Below are positions 1-14,811 of a stretch of 64,000 nt of DNA, piece by piece. The notes below the pieces were generated by a model. The model was given only the letters and a program-made list of their open reading frames with translations, had not been told where the DNA came from and made no database searches. A program made the translations under genes and the position numbers. Numbering within the stretch: the first letter of the stretch is position 1; each line of letters begins with the position of its first letter. The DNA comes from Azolla caroliniana (lineage: Eukaryota > Plantae > Polypodiophyta): positions 18,538,001-18,602,000 of the forward strand of contig JBHGNT010000007.1 in NCBI GenBank assembly GCA_043228905.1, given 5' to 3'.

Positions 1-2457
1 CTTACAATTGAGATGATTTAACTTATTGAAATGGACCATGCTTTCTTTATGTTAATTGCATTGAGATAAATTATCATTTTGTCGATGGGAAGATTAGATA
101 TAATAATGCATAGTTTGTAGGTCTGAAGCCAGGAAAAACTACTTCATTTATCTATCCTTTTCGACCAAGCAAGTAACTTATCTCCTCAGATTTTGATGGT
201 ACCAAATTCCTCGGGAGCATGCTACATTTTGGGAAAGCAAATCTGTATGGTAAAAAAAATGAAAACTGGTGTTTCAGACACAATCAAAATCTGCTCCCCT
301 TTTTCAGCTTGGAGCATGGCATGCCAAATTTGTCACAAGGGGGGGGGGGGGGGGGGGTGCTAGTTTCTCATTAGAAAGTGTGAATTCTTCGAGCCGAAGT
401 AGAGGCTTTGTTTCAATTTCTATACTTCGAGTCTTGTACATACCACATTTGTGTATCGTATGGAGCAGATGTATAACCGTTCAAATTTAATCCAATCAAT
501 GTATACCCACTTGCAAAACAATTGCTGGCTACATGTCTTATCTTTTTTTTTATTAGTGAATGGTTTTACTGCAGCAGTAAGCTATTTATTCGACAACTCT
601 GCATGGAAATGTTCCACTTTGGTCCCATAGGTTATATATTCGACAGCCAAAGAAGATATAATAAAATCTATACGTTTTTCTATGTCATGTAAATGTCCAA
701 AAGGAAAGAACAAAATAAGTCTCCAACAAAGTAGTTAAATGTGTGTGTATGTCATTGGAGATGTGTCAACGTGGCCAAAGATCAATACATCTTTAATGAA
801 AGCACAAAAGAGGTTAAGGTCTTTAAAATAATATAAGAGAGGTTTTTTGGTGTTCATGCAAATGATGCTTATAGTTTTCTAAAACAAATTATAATCCATA
901 AAATACTTCATTATAGTACATATTTATCATTTTCGTATGAGATCATGCATACATCTAGTTTGCTCCGACAAAACAACTTTACAACTCTAACATTTACACA
1001 TTTCTATGAACAGAGGGTATGTCTCCCTATTGAAGTCACATTTGAAGCTCAAATCATCATTTATTGTATTGTTGATGAAACAAGTAATAGTTCTTGTCAA
1101 TTACTCCTAATTAATTTGCTAACAATTACATCAAGCACTTAGACAAACTCCTAAGCTAGTTAGGATTGTGTTCAAACTTTCTACATATAATTTAACTTGG
1201 TTAACTAGTTAGAAATCTGAAGAGTAGATAAGTAAGTCTATAATTCAAATTTCACACCAATACAATAAGTAACTATGTACCTAAGATGAATTTTATTTTA
1301 TTTTTGCCAAAAAAAAATCCTACTTCCATTAGTTAAGAAAAAGTACATAGAATAATATACAACTCATATGTTACAAGCCACTTTGCAATGGCTACAAGAA
1401 AACATCATGTATAAATGAAGCAACAAAGCCTCGTCAAATAATTACTTGACAGACTCCCATCAACATGAGCCTCACACAACCCACATTTAATAACTTATGC
1501 AATCTTGTGAATGGAATGATCACAAGAGAGAGCAGTAGTCTAAATCTTGAAAATGAAGAAGTGAAAAAAACTCAAAATCGTGGTTTGTACTCTATCATAA
1601 AATCTTTATTTAAGCCAATACCTAGAACATAAACTTGGTTTAAAAAATAGGGGTAATTACTTGTATGTATGACGTGATTTCTTGTACAGACTTTAGACGT
1701 TTCTTAATACTAACGTAATATCTTTTCCAGAATAAATAAACCAATCTTAAATGACTTTTATACTTCTTTTAAAAAGCATGGCTCTTAACCTTCGACGTTC
1801 GCTCCTTTCAAACTTGAGTGCATATAATGTTCATCCCCCTTAGTTTGTAAGGAGTAGGTATTATTCTCCACCAATGTTGATTGAAAGGCGCAAGTGTGAT
1901 GTCCAACAATTGTTGAACAAATGCAAAGACTAAAAGCGCCATCGTTTACCTTGAAAAGGCAAATATTATAAAGCATTTGGGATAGTTCTACCTTGACTTA
2001 CCATTATGGAGATAGCCTTATGTATAGCCATAAATTGCCTTCGCTACTTGACCTACCGAGAGGAAATGCAAGTTTCATGCAATATGTGGCAAATGCCTTG
2101 AATTCGTTAATCAAAGTAGTGATTAACCTTTCAAGAATCAACATATTAGATCATTTCTAAATTAGGATTCAATTTCTAGTTTAGGAACGAGGATCGGCAC
2201 GCTAGAATGTGTGACCAGTTGTCAGTATTGTGGACTAGCTTTGGCCCTCCCCCCTCACTTACAAGTTGAAACAACTATAAATTTTAGCTTCTTTCCCTAT
2301 TCTCCTCATTTTCATATCGTCCCTAGCTCCCAAACTCCCAATCTATGAATAATCTTTGACCCTTTGTAAATGTCGATGCAAAATGTGAGCAATGCTAACA
2401 AAGGTTGATGAATATGCGAATTTCGAATTGCGTTATGCTTGCTTTTTTATGCTCAAG

Positions 2458-2752
2458 AAATGGTTTTAAGTTCCATAGTACGTACCATACGTGCATTCAC
2501 ATTCGCGTAAGATAAACACCCTCAAAAGAATGATAAATACCATAATTTTGGATTAACTATTTATTATGAGGTAAAAAAGCCTAAAAATGGAAAAAAAACA
2601 TTAAAAAAATGGGAAAAAAACAAAAAAAACAAAAAAAACACACATGAATGTTTGAATAACATTTGCATTTGTTTTCCAACGTATGAAAACGAATGTTATG
2701 CTTGACGAACACAAATTTTACATACTATGGAACTTCAACTTTTAACCATTTA
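2458..2752. mobile_element. MITE-like element with terminal inverted repeats
   Basis: aagttccatagtacgta (2468-2484) is the reverse complement of tacatactatggaactt (2719-2735) with 1 mismatch. An outer aaatggtt/aaccattt pair is also inverted. The interior is A-rich and non-coding. Confidence 0.55.
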
Positions 2753-5700
2753 TGCATTTGTTCTCTCGCTTCCTTAAAAGGGATTTTCTTTTCGTTTTTT
2801 ACAATGTAAATAGAATAATCCCTCAATTTTTTCTAACATACACGTTTCAGGTGTTGACTAGTATTTTAAACCATATATCGAGTAGGAATATTCTGATATT
2901 GTAACCTTGATCATGTAGTATTGAGGATGCCCCACCTTAATGTATTTAATTTTGTTGACATAGTTCTATAAGATGATCTAGTTTAAGAGTAGAAATGAGA
3001 TTTTCGCACACATTTATATGTCTTCTTAAGTATATCAATGCATCCCAATATAGTAGTATGTAGACGACATGTTATAATGACATGAAATCTATGGTAGAAC
3101 TATATACATAATATCTTTAGATATTGCACTTCTCTTTCTATCACACACAAACACTCATTGACATCATAATGTATAGACGCTAAGGTCCTTCAATAAATCT
3201 ATTACATTTTCAAGGTCTCCATCAAGTATGGCCTTTAAAATCAATATACGGATCAAATCTTGATTCTAATCATTAAGGTTAACTAGTAATACCTAATTCA
3301 ATCAAATTTTCTAGAATGTATCTCTAGATTTTGTACTAAAGTCTCTCTCATTGTCATTTTCTCCTCACTTATAAGTATGATTTATCACTATCTTTATTGC
3401 AACTTGTTTTTTTTTTTTCCCCAAAAAACACTACTTCGCATTAGTTAGCAAATAGAATACAACAGAGTTTACTCGAATCCACAGTGGGATCAACATATAC
3501 AACTCGGAGGAACAACTCCAAAACTATCAAACAAAAACTCACACGGCCCTTAAATCCAACAATTGAAATTGCAACTTGTTATAGGCATAACCTTAGAGAC
3601 CAATTCTAAAGGTTAATTTCAATTGTTTAAGTGTGAGATAATTGGGAAACCATCAATTCTACGACATGGGTCAAACCTATAAGGACCTATGAAATGTCAG
3701 AACATGTAGTTATCCGTCATTATAGCATATGTATTGAGACGTTGTTGAAACTTTATTAGTGAGACATATTTCTTCTTTTGAACCCATTCATCTCTAACTT
3801 GCAAGGTATAGCATAAAATATTATTTAGTGGTACATGACACTAATGGTATTTTGTGTTTTATCAGGATTGGGTCAATGTAGTGAAGTATGCTTAAATGAT
3901 TCTATTCTCAATCTTAATATTCACTGCTTACTGTTATTATTTGATTCATGAATCGTAATGCAACCCCCAAAAGGATCATGCTTAGAGGTCCATGTGATCT
4001 TTGTTGAGCCCATAATCCCACCATCCTCTCTATTTCTCTTAATCTCAAGGTTGACGAAAGCTTACTCATGTGAGGGAGGTTGATATCAAGGCGGTTTTGA
4101 AAGATGGAGCCAACAAACTTGCCAATCAACATATTCTAGAAAGCCACCATGGTCATCAATATAATCTAGAACATGTTTGAGAACGTTGGGATTGGGATTC
4201 GGGAAGCAGCTACATGTGGTGGTCTATACATCTAGAGGGAACCCTCACATTGCCATTTATCATTATTTCTTTAAAAATCCCCATCTTCCACAAGACCACA
4301 ACTATCACACATGGTAATCTAAATGGGAAGGACCTACACAATTTTTGTCTTGTTTTTATATCCCAAGAAAATACAAAATACTTTAGCAAGCATATTATAC
4401 AAAACATATACATATAACCATTTAGTTCTTAAATTTGTGTCTTTTTATAACTTGATCGTACAACAAAGTGTGCTTGATATAGTTATCAAATAACATAAGC
4501 ACTTGAAGTTAAAGTCATTGTAGTCATAATATAGAACATATGTTGTCGATCCTTGACATGTTCTCTTCACTTTATGGACTATATAATGTAATGTAAAGCA
4601 TATGGTGTCAATCCTTGGTGTGTTTTCTTCTTCACTTTATGGACTCCCCAATGACTTGTCACCTGTATTTGATGGTAACAGCTGAATAAATCATTTCTAG
4701 AACAAAATTATATTTTAGTGGGTGCCAATTACAACGCAATAAAGTTACGATTTTGCCAATTTAAAAACAAAGAGGCTTTGTTAACATCAACGTATAGAGC
4801 ATGCAAATTGTATTATCACAAGGAAAATGGTTGTGAAGATCACCATTGGAACGGGGGTTATATCACTCATTTCACATCATCCACCCTCTGTTCGCTTTAC
4901 CCAACTAATATTGTATGTCTTCCACTCATGTTGTACACTTTAGCAATGTTTATATTTAGTTTTGTCCGTATTATTTTATATTATCATTTTCATTGAAGAA
5001 TGGACCGTCTTTGTTATGTTTGTAGTTAATCGTGTGACATCCGCTTGAAAATCCTTCGGGTTCTATTCTAACTTATAGAAATCAAGGGATGTTTTGGTAC
5101 GTAGTATCCATATGATCCTTGCATGTACCATCTAAACTCATGTACAACAAATTAGGTAAAAAAATATAATGGTGTATGCTTTCATTTAGAGGATTGTCTT
5201 GAAATCATTACAATGTAAAGAGTGAGAAATCATTATACAATATACATATCATATATACACTTTCGGATTTGACAACTAGCAAAGCAAGGTGTAGTAGGAT
5301 AATTTAAACAAGCTACCCAGTCTATGGTTGCAAAATCATGCATATCTAACAACTTCCCCTAGAGTTACACCTTGCCATGGTATATATATGTAATCCATTT
5401 TTTAAAGGGCTTTTGCCAATAAGAGAGGATTTGAAGGTTAGGCTCGTAATGATTCATCTAAGTTTCATGTAAAGAAAAGTTATTTCTATTAACTATAAGC
5501 TTTGAAGGTCAAGCTCTCATTTGTTTATCATGTTTGCATTAAGCATCATATTTTCACATATACATGCACATGCTTGCACATGCACACAAATTGGATATGC
5601 ATCCATATATAATATGTATCTATTCTTGATATATAAATATATCGATAAAGTTAGAAGTATGTTTGCACTTCGACAAGTAACTCTAATGTGCTAATGTGAT

Positions 5701-7713
5701 TGCATACAATTAATAATTAGGTGAAAATTTGGAAATGTGAATTCTCCCAAGACATTATATAAACAATGAAAGGCACCGACAAAGAGGTGACACAATATCA
5801 CAATGTTTTATTTAGCTACAAGTGAGCTATCAATATAGAACACTTTACACTTTCTCACGTGTGTTGTTGGAGCGAGCTCATATAGAAAAATAAAAGACCT
5901 TGAGAGAAGAACCATAGTTTGTATAATTTGCTATGGTTTTGAAATGATTGACATTAGAATGTCGAATTTAAACAATGTAGAATTCATTGGAGATCGAGAT
6001 GAAATGTGGCATTTTTTAGAACATTTGGAAAATCATACATGTCTCGAATCCTCATAAATGAGCGACTTTTGTTCTATAGTAGAAGGAGAGAGAAGAAGAC
6101 AAATGTGATAGAAATATACAAGGTTGAATGCCCATATTCCCTTAACTTCAATGATTTTGATGCCTTTGTATAAAGCACCAAGAGATGTAGAAGTAGATGC
6201 ATATTTATGATTGTCATGATCCTCCAAACATCAAATACCACTTGTGTAATGGGACCCTAAGCTCAATTAATGTCTCTAAAAGTTTGGGGTATTCCCACAT
6301 GTTTCGATAATAACGGTGAATCTCATTACATGTATAACCACAACTCCAAGGATCAACGCATTCAAGGTAACACTAGACGAGCGTATGCATATGTGTCCAT
6401 ACTCCACTTTTGATAGAATGAGTAAAATGGGATCCCCAATGTCAAAACCAAATTTGTGATGCAATGTGAAATCCAAGGATAGTATATCGGTCGAGTGGGT
6501 TTTTTTATACTGGCACATGAACATCAAAAGCTCATCTAAAAAACTTTGTAGACATTGCCCATTTACCTCCCATTTATGCTAACGTGCATTGGAGATGTTG
6601 TCTAAGACTAATATCAAAGCTCATCCCGTTGTTTTTCATGCGAATTATAGATGGCATGCAAGACATGAGGTTCTCGATGACACTTACAAGGTTTAAATCC
6701 TAATGTATATAAAATCGGAACCTTAGAAGTAAAGGTTGTTTGTTTGCAATCTATTGTCTAGCTAAAGAAACATGCCCTCCTCCCTATTGCAATATTGCAA
6801 AATTCACATATATTACATTTAAGTGTGTAAAAAAGGCTAGTTATTTTTCAATAGCTAGGTGTATTCGAGCTTAAGTTTTATAAACAATTTGTGGTGGCCT
6901 AGTATGCAATAACATATGTAAAATAGCTTAATTCGCAACTCATCCTTGGGCTTGATAACTTGCCGATTTGGATCCATAAAAGCAGTGGTTCGTGTTACTT
7001 GACTCATGGATGAATTCTCATGAGTGTCGGGGAAGACATTTAACTCGAACGCCAGGAAAAACACGCTCCATATTTCCATAAATGAAATGATGAGGCATTA
7101 ACTACGAAGAGATCATGCTTTTTTAAGTTCACCCAAGGGCCAAGCTGGGAGTATGCAAAGGGAGATGATCGCATTAAGTAGTGCAGAAGAAACGGCCAAA
7201 TGCAATAAGAATGCGAAAAAGGCCATTGCATTTAAGTACGAAACACACCAACACACACACACACAGAACATCTAGAGGTGATGTATACATACATCAATTG
7301 CCCTAGACAAGGAAGGGGGTAGAGGTGATACGTTGGAGTGTGTTACACCCTCACCATAGAGAGACGATACATTTTACATTAGTCACCAGGAGACATGCTG
7401 AGCCGTACATTTGAGCTGGTTGCCGAGTGTGGCCATCATGCGGACAATAGTACGCACTAATTACCCGATGTGTGCGGGCATTTTTTTTTACGTTTTAACG
7501 TTTAGTGACCACATGCAGAGACTGTAGAAGGGTGTTCCCGAGAGGTTGCTACAGTTGGAAACATGCGGGCGAGCGAGAGATCTCGGGCTCTCTCTCGCTC
7601 CGTTTTTCCCTGGCAAATATTGTGTGTGTTTCAATGGCTCTTTCCATTGAGAAAACATGGGAATTGCTTGGTTCTTCTTCTTCTAGTACTAATACTAATA
7701 CTAATAATAAAAA

Positions 7714-8095
7714 TAAATACAATAATGAAAAACAAAGAAATAATAATAATATGAAATAACAATAATGAAAAAACAAAGAAATAATAATAATATGAAATAA
7801 TAATAATGAAAAAACAAAAGAAATAATCGTAATATAAAATACAATAATGAAAAACAAAAGAAATAATAATAATCTGAAATACAATAATGAAGAACAAAAG
7901 AAATACTAGTAATGTAAAATACAAGAAATAATAGTAATATAAAATACAATAATGAAAAACAAAAGAAATAATAGTAATATAAAATACAATAATGAAAAAC
8001 AAAAGAAATAATAGTAATATAAAATACAATAATGAAAAACAATAGAAATAAGAATAATATATATAGAATACAATAATGAAAAACAAAAGAAATAT
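7714..8095. repeat. AT-rich ~41-bp minisatellite (aaatacaataatgaaaaacaaaagaaataatagtaatata), about 9 degenerate copies
   Basis: The unit is directly visible. It explains the low-complexity F/I/Y ORFs on the minus strand. Confidence 0.9.
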
Positions 8096-8269
8096 AAAAA
8101 AAAAGAAAATATAAAAGAAAGAAAGAAAGAAAGAAAGTGAAAAACAATATAAAAGAAGTAGAAAAATTAGAAAATAGGAAAATAAAATAAAATATCATTA
8201 TTGATTTGTTTTATCTATCTATTTTATCAAATAAAGAAATAAAAAACTCTGAGAGAGAGAAAAAGTTCT

Positions 8270-8467
8270 TCTATCTTCTTCTTTCTGTCTTCTTTCTTCT
8301 TCTTCTTCTTCTTCTTCTTCTGCGGCTTCTTCTGCAGCTTCTTCTTCTTCTTCTTCTTCTGCGGCTTCTTCTTCTTCTTCTGCAGTTTCTTCTGCTTCTG
8401 CTGCTGCTGGTAAAGGTTAGTCGATCTCTTCTCTCAGAGCTCTCTCTCTCTCTCTCTCTCACACACA
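8270..8467. repeat. (CTT)n/(CTG)n and (CT)n microsatellites in the probable 5' UTR region of the PMT gene
   Basis: Repeats are seen directly. The pyrimidine-rich leader followed by a long intron ending at ttttcaacag (10174) is typical of plant 5' UTRs. Confidence 0.75.
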
Positions 8468-10195
8468 GACACTCTGTTAGTAGTAAGTAGTTCTTCTTTT
8501 CTCTTTCAATTCCACCTCTGTCTTGCATTCCTTTCTTGCATTCCTTTTTTGCATTCCTTTCTCTGATCCACGTTTTGCGAGTCGATATTATATGCTACGA
8601 CTTCCTTCCTCCTTCCCTCCCTCCCTCCCTCCATCTCTCTCTCGCCCTCCCTCTTTCATTTTATATTTCTTCCTTCCATTTCTTCTTCCTAACCTCAGGA
8701 ATTTTTACATCCCTCTTCTCTTGTCTTCTCTGATCCATTTCCCTTAGCCTCCCTTTTGTACTTTCATTTCTTTCTCCCCCCCTTCCCTTAACATCACGCA
8801 CTGTTCTTCTTCTCTATACGCCTCACATTTCGTTTCATTTGCATCCGTCTTTACAGATCTGAGTTCTATTCGATTTCGCCCTTTCTCTCGTCACAACTTC
8901 ATTTTATAAGGTTTCATCTTCCCCTATCGACGTCATCCTATTAGAGTATAAGCGTATCTTCTCTGATTTCTATTCAAGAATTGTTTTTGCTTTTACTTGT
9001 CGATTGGTTGTTAAGTAATTGTATTCATCTAATCGGATGATTTTCGTCTCTATATAGCTGTACGATTTAAATGTCCGATCTTCCCTGGTTGACGGTAATT
9101 TGTGAATTTCTTTATCTATATGATTGTGTCTTCCGTTGCTGATGTTACGGACATGAATAACTGTCCCTATATAACTTTCCCTAGATCAGGATTGCAAGGC
9201 CTGATCCTCGGTTGTCGTTATTATGGTATGACTTCCCCTAGATCTAAGCTTATCACAAGGGTCGATTCTAATTGCTAACACAATCAACAGATTCTCTAGA
9301 TGGATTTTTATCATGGATGTAATCAATTAACATGTAATTTTTGGTGATTAGGCTGATTAAATCAGCCTTGAATCTCATGTTTTCACTGTGTGATAAAGAT
9401 CTAAATTTTGCTCACAGTAATATCTCAATTCATTGTATGTGCGATGTAAAGTTTAGATTTTATCTGATATCAATGCGCACAGTACGTGCGATCCAAGTAA
9501 CTTCAACATAAATTTAAGGTTTTGTTGCTACACGTTTTCTATGTAGCAATGCAAGATTGCATAAATGTGTTAGTGGATATTTGCCGTATAGGTATGTTAT
9601 GGTAATGATAACTTCAAAAAGTAGCAATGCAAGATCTTTGTATATATGAGACTGCTGATACATAATCTTCTATATTTTGCATGCGTTGTGTTCAGCAATG
9701 TAATGTTCCATGCATTTGTGACTTTGACCTTCTAACTATGTCACGAATATATGAATGGTATGTTCTTCAATGTTTTCGAGGTAACAATGTAAGGTGGGTT
9801 TAGGTATGCTATGTAATTATGCCTTTGCCATGCAGCAATGTAAAAATTGCGAAGATGCTCTGTATAATTTATAGTCTTCTATAATTTGAAAGCTTTCTTT
9901 GTCGCGATGTAAGGTTCTATAGATGTGCTATGGATTTGTGGCGTTGTATTTGATACATTGAGAAATGTAAGATTATGTACTTAATGGATCTTATGTGCTC
10001 TTCTATGTTTTCTGAGTAACAGTATATGATTGGTGTACATATGCTATAGATATTTGACTTCACTGTGTAGATATCTGGTCTCCCAAGTTTTGTTATGCTG
10101 CGCATACTTCCTTTGTTTCAATCTAAGATTCTGAAGATAATTTATTGATAGATTGAATCTGATCTTTTCAACAGGAACCTCTGGTTGTCGCCACT

Positions 10196-13100
10196 ATGGC
10201 TGTAAACAAACATTTTCGTAATGAGAAACGAATGCCATCATTCTATGTTATGGCCACGATCGGTGTTTTTATAGCACTTTGTTTGATAGGGATGTGGATT
10301 CTGAGCACTCCTTCAGGAGAAGAGGTTTCAAATAAAGTAGAACCTGTGCATAAGACTAGTGAGGGAAATTATAAAGAGATAACTGACACTCAACAATTTG
10401 AAGAAAGTACTACTGAGATCCAACAAGAAACTGAAGGAAAGAATAATGAAGAAACGAATAATGAAGAAACGAATAATGAAGAAACAAATAATGAAGAAAA
10501 GAACAATGAAGAAAGTTCTCAGGCAGAGACTCCAGAGCCAAAAACTGAGGAAAAAGGATCAAGTGAATATGATGATAAAGAGAAGGAGAAAGAGAGAGAG
10601 AAGACAGAGGAAACTCCTGCTGAACATGAGGTAGATAATAGGGAGGAACGTCCACCAGATGAAGAACCACCAAAACTGAAAGAGAATGAATTTGAAGAGA
10701 ATGGAGCAGCGCAATCCGAGATTCAAATCGAGAACAAAGAGATTACAAACAACTGGGAAACTCAAGCGAGCGAATCGAAAGAAGAGAAAGAGAAGGTTGA
10801 AGAAATTAAGGAGAAGATAGAAGAGAAAACCGAAGAGGCTTTGACCTTGGATGAGAGCACAACGGGAACACCATATTCTCAAAGAGAATGGGAGATTTGT
10901 GATTTTGAGGGAGCAACCGATTATATACCATGTCTAGATAACAAAGAAGTGATAAAAAGTCTTCCTAGTACTAAACATTATGAGCATCGTGAGAGGCACT
11001 GCCCGAGCTCAGCACCTACTTGTCTCGTTCCTCTTCCACAAGGCTATTGCTCACCAATTAAGTGGCCTCAGAGTCGAAATGAGGTACTCTGTTCAGTTTT
11101 TATCTCTATATTTTGAACTCAGATGATATCCTTGGTTTCTCTTTTATTTATCCAAATGCCCATGGTCAACTACTGAAAGAGAGAAAGAGGGGATGAACTG
11201 AACTTATATGATTGTGCAAATAGTACATATAATTGAGATCATATAAACTATTATTTCTTAAATAGTATATGACTTTCAGTAGGGGGTTTGATCAAGGACA
11301 GTTGTGGCATAATGAAGACTTGGGAGGCATTTGGGGAAGTATTGAAATACTTGGGTATTTGGGTGTTTTTCCTGATTTTCAAATGTGTTTATTATGGTAG
11401 TAATCCAATGACACTAACATCTGTATAGTGTTTATCGTTGTTTCATACCTTTTGTTGTGTGTTTCACGGATTCGAAGAAATTATCCTATATAGCATCCAA
11501 TGCCCATAACTGTCCTTGAACACCATTAATAACTCAATGTCTTATGCTTACAATGGTGCAGATTTGGTATAGTAATGTTCCACATCCAGGGTTGGTGTCT
11601 TACAAAAAAGATCAGAATTGGGTGAAGAAATTAGGTGACAAGCTTATATTTCCGGGAGGTGGAACTCAATTCAAGCATGGTGCACTTCACTACATTGAAT
11701 TCATTGAGCAGGTCAAAGATAATCTCTTTTTATTGCATGTTTGATTGATAAATAGTTGACATTTATGAATGCTATAGTCTTTCATAAACTGATTCAGTAT
11801 TATGTTTGTTTATGCAAACTTGTTTATGTTTTCTGAATGAGCATAAATTAATGTGTGTATTTGTGCATGCATATACATCTTTATATTTATACATGTACAT
11901 GCATACTGTCAGTTGATGTGGAATGGTGAGGAGGATTGGCATTCTTGTGAAAGTCAAAATTCTGCATTTGGTTCTAAATTCAAAAAATGAAGACCATTTA
12001 ATGTGTTCTTAATAGACATTGCCTGACATTGCTTGGGGAAACCATACACGTGTTATTCTTGATGTTGGCTGTGGAGTTGCGAGCTTTGGAGGTTACATAT
12101 TTGAGAAGGAGGTGATTACTATGTCCTTTGCACCCAAGGATGAACATGAAGCACAAATCCAACTTGCTCTTGAGCGAGGAATCCCTGCAATTTCAGCAGT
12201 AATGGGAACCCAAAGACTTCCTTTTCCAAGCAATGTTTTTGATGCTGTTCATTGTGCTCGTTGCAGAGTGCCTTGGCATGTCGAAGGTAGGATTTCAGTT
12301 TGCTTTTTTCCCAAGGAAAAACTCCCTTCCAATATCCCCAAATGTTGCCATGTTTTTGTTATTACCTCAAATACCCTCGTCAACCTGAAATAGAGAAACA
12401 GGGGGATAATCAAAACCTACAGAACTTTGGGGACATTGAGGAAATAAAGAAAAACTAGGTGGTGTTTTGGGAGTTTTGTTCTCCTTTCTTACCTGTAGAA
12501 TGGCTTAAAGTTATTGTTAGTGATTTGATAATCTTTTATCTTTGTGCAGATGGCAAGCTTCTCCTTGAGCTGAACCGCATATTAAGGCCAGGGGGATATT
12601 TTCTTTGGTCTGCAACACCTGTTTACTGGAAAGGTGAAGAAGATCAAGGCATTTGGAAAGGTTAGTCTGACATTCTCAATGTCTAGAAGTTTTGAAAACT
12701 TGGCTTGCCAATAAACTGGTTACCATAATTTGTTACTGATCAATTTTGGGATGTATCATATATGGAAGCATAGATATCTGCTAGTTTTGGAATCGATGAC
12801 TGATTATATACATGGTTATGTCAATTAGGATGTTCCTAGAATTTGTGGTTATAATTAGTTTTTCAAAAAGTCATGGATTGATAGCATAGTTTTAGTATAG
12901 CACGTGCTTTTGGTACTATCTCTGTTTCTCGAATTTTGCATTCCTTGCTTATTTTGGGGGTTGTATTTACGTTTTATGTTCCCATGATAAAGCTCTTCTA
13001 AGAGAGGAAAAACTAAAAATTACTTATAACATTAATATGAATGGTTCATGCTGCAGAAATGGTGGCCATGACAGCGGCCATGTGCTGGGATTTAGTTGCT

Positions 13101-14811
13101 CGAACTACAGATTCCTCTACAGGAATTGGAATTGCTATTTTTCACAAGCCAGCATCCAATTTCTGCTATGAAAATCGGCAGAAAAATTACCCACCATTAT
13201 GTGAAGAGAATGACAAAGCAGATGCAGCTTGGTAAGATTAATAATTTTCTTCCAACCGTCAATAGAAGTTGCATTTGCTGATTATGTTATCCCAAAAATC
13301 TTGATAAATGGATTACCTGCATATTATTACTTATCTGATATTCTCCCAAAAAGTTTATAAATACATTTGCAGATTGTTACTTGATCTCTCCTCTGAATGT
13401 GAAATATATCTCATTATTACCATAGGTACATCCCAATGACCTCATGCATTCACAAAATTCCATCTAATGAGGAGGCCCGTGGTATAGAATGGCCACAACA
13501 GTGGCCCTTACGGCTGACATCGGCACCCGCATGGTTAAGTAATGAAAAAGGTGTATATGGAAAGCCAGCTGCAGCTGATTTTCGATCTGATACAGAACAC
13601 TGGCACCGTGTTGTGGAAAAGTCGTATCTGCGAGGTCTTGGTATTGATTGGTCCAGTGTCAGAAACGTGATGGACATGAAGGCAGTCTATGGAGGGTAAT
13701 TGATTTATTAGTTTTTGTTTAAGGAAAACACCAAAATACCCTCTTAACTATTTAGGTATTCACTACAGTATCTTTAAATTTCCAAACATTACCAGGTTAT
13801 TGTTCTGTAACATAAGAGATTCTGGGAATTTGGGAAATTAGCTGTATTATTTGTAGAAAAACACCATAATTGATCTAATTTATTGGTTATTTACCTAGAT
13901 ACGTATAAGATTTGTAAAATTTCCAGTATACTCCCATATGAATATGGTAAACACCAATGTACCTGTAACTTGCTGTATTTTTCCAGTAAATTTTCCAAAA
14001 ATTAGCAGAAAATGCCTCTGTAGTACAAATACTACTGTCATTGAGGAGTGTTCTGGAAATTTATTGGAAACTTCTGTGTATTATTTGTTTAGGAGACACC
14101 AAAATACCCGTACTTATTGTTGGGTATGTTCTGTGAATGTTTGGAAACTTGGGGGTATTTCTAATGTTAAATACCCGACAAGTTATGGATCAATATTATA
14201 TATACCCAACAGGTTAGGGGTAAAAATAGTGTTTTATACCCTATATGGTGCGTGGTGTTTTACCTATTTTGTTTTTTGGGATCCTTTCACACTGGAAGTT
14301 GTCTTAAGTGATTTTCTTTTTTATTACCACAGTTTTGCTGCTGCCTTGGCATCTCAATCAGTATGGGTTATGAATGTGGTACAATACGATGCACCAGATA
14401 CATTGCCGATCATATATGACAGGGGTCTTTTTGGAATCTACCATGATTGGTGTGAATCTTTCAGTTCATATCCAAGGACATATGATCTTCTCCACTCGGA
14501 TCATCTTTTTGACAAGCTTAGGAAGAGGTAAACATGAAAGAGTACTATCAAATGTTTGCCTGAGCAATTGGATCTGATAACTTAATAACATACCTATGAT
14601 CTTTCAAATGTGTAGATGCGACATAAAAGGCACTGTTGTGGAGATGGATCGTCTTTTGCGGCCAGAAGGGTGGGTAATTTTCCGTGAAAAGCTGGAAAGT
14701 ATCACAGAAATAGAGTCACTTATCACTTCATTACATTGGGAAGTTAGGATGAAGTATGCAAAAGAACCTGAGGGGCTCTTGGTGGCTCAAAAAACATTTT
14801 GGAGACCTTAG
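10196..14811 (+). CDS. Probable methyltransferase PMT (DUF248/Methyltransf_29; PMT24-27-like type II Golgi SAM-dependent methyltransferase), 751 aa. Exons: 10196-11083, 11562-11711, 12016-12286, 12550-12660, 13057-13231, 13426-13695, 14333-14527, 14616-14811
   Basis: N-terminal TM helix and acidic stem. Family motifs DYIPCLDN, HYEHRERHCP, FPGGGTQF, LDVGCGVASFGG, PKDEHEAQIQLALERG, RNVMDMKAVYGGFAAAL, HDWCESFSSYPRTYDLLH, EMDRLLRPEG. All introns are GT-AG and the exons sum to 2256 nt in frame. Confidence 0.95.

Noticed and set aside
338-357. G20 homopolymer (also a G-run at ~32792)
   Set aside because: Simple homopolymer with no supporting context. The length may be a sequencing artefact.
1300-7230. 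Possible decayed TE/LINE fragments and short ORFs
   Set aside because: No motif was clear enough to assign a family or product.
7505-8747. Numerous 65-165 aa ORFs rich in F/I/Y/L/R
   Set aside because: They are translations of the AT-rich minisatellite and the CTT/CT microsatellites.
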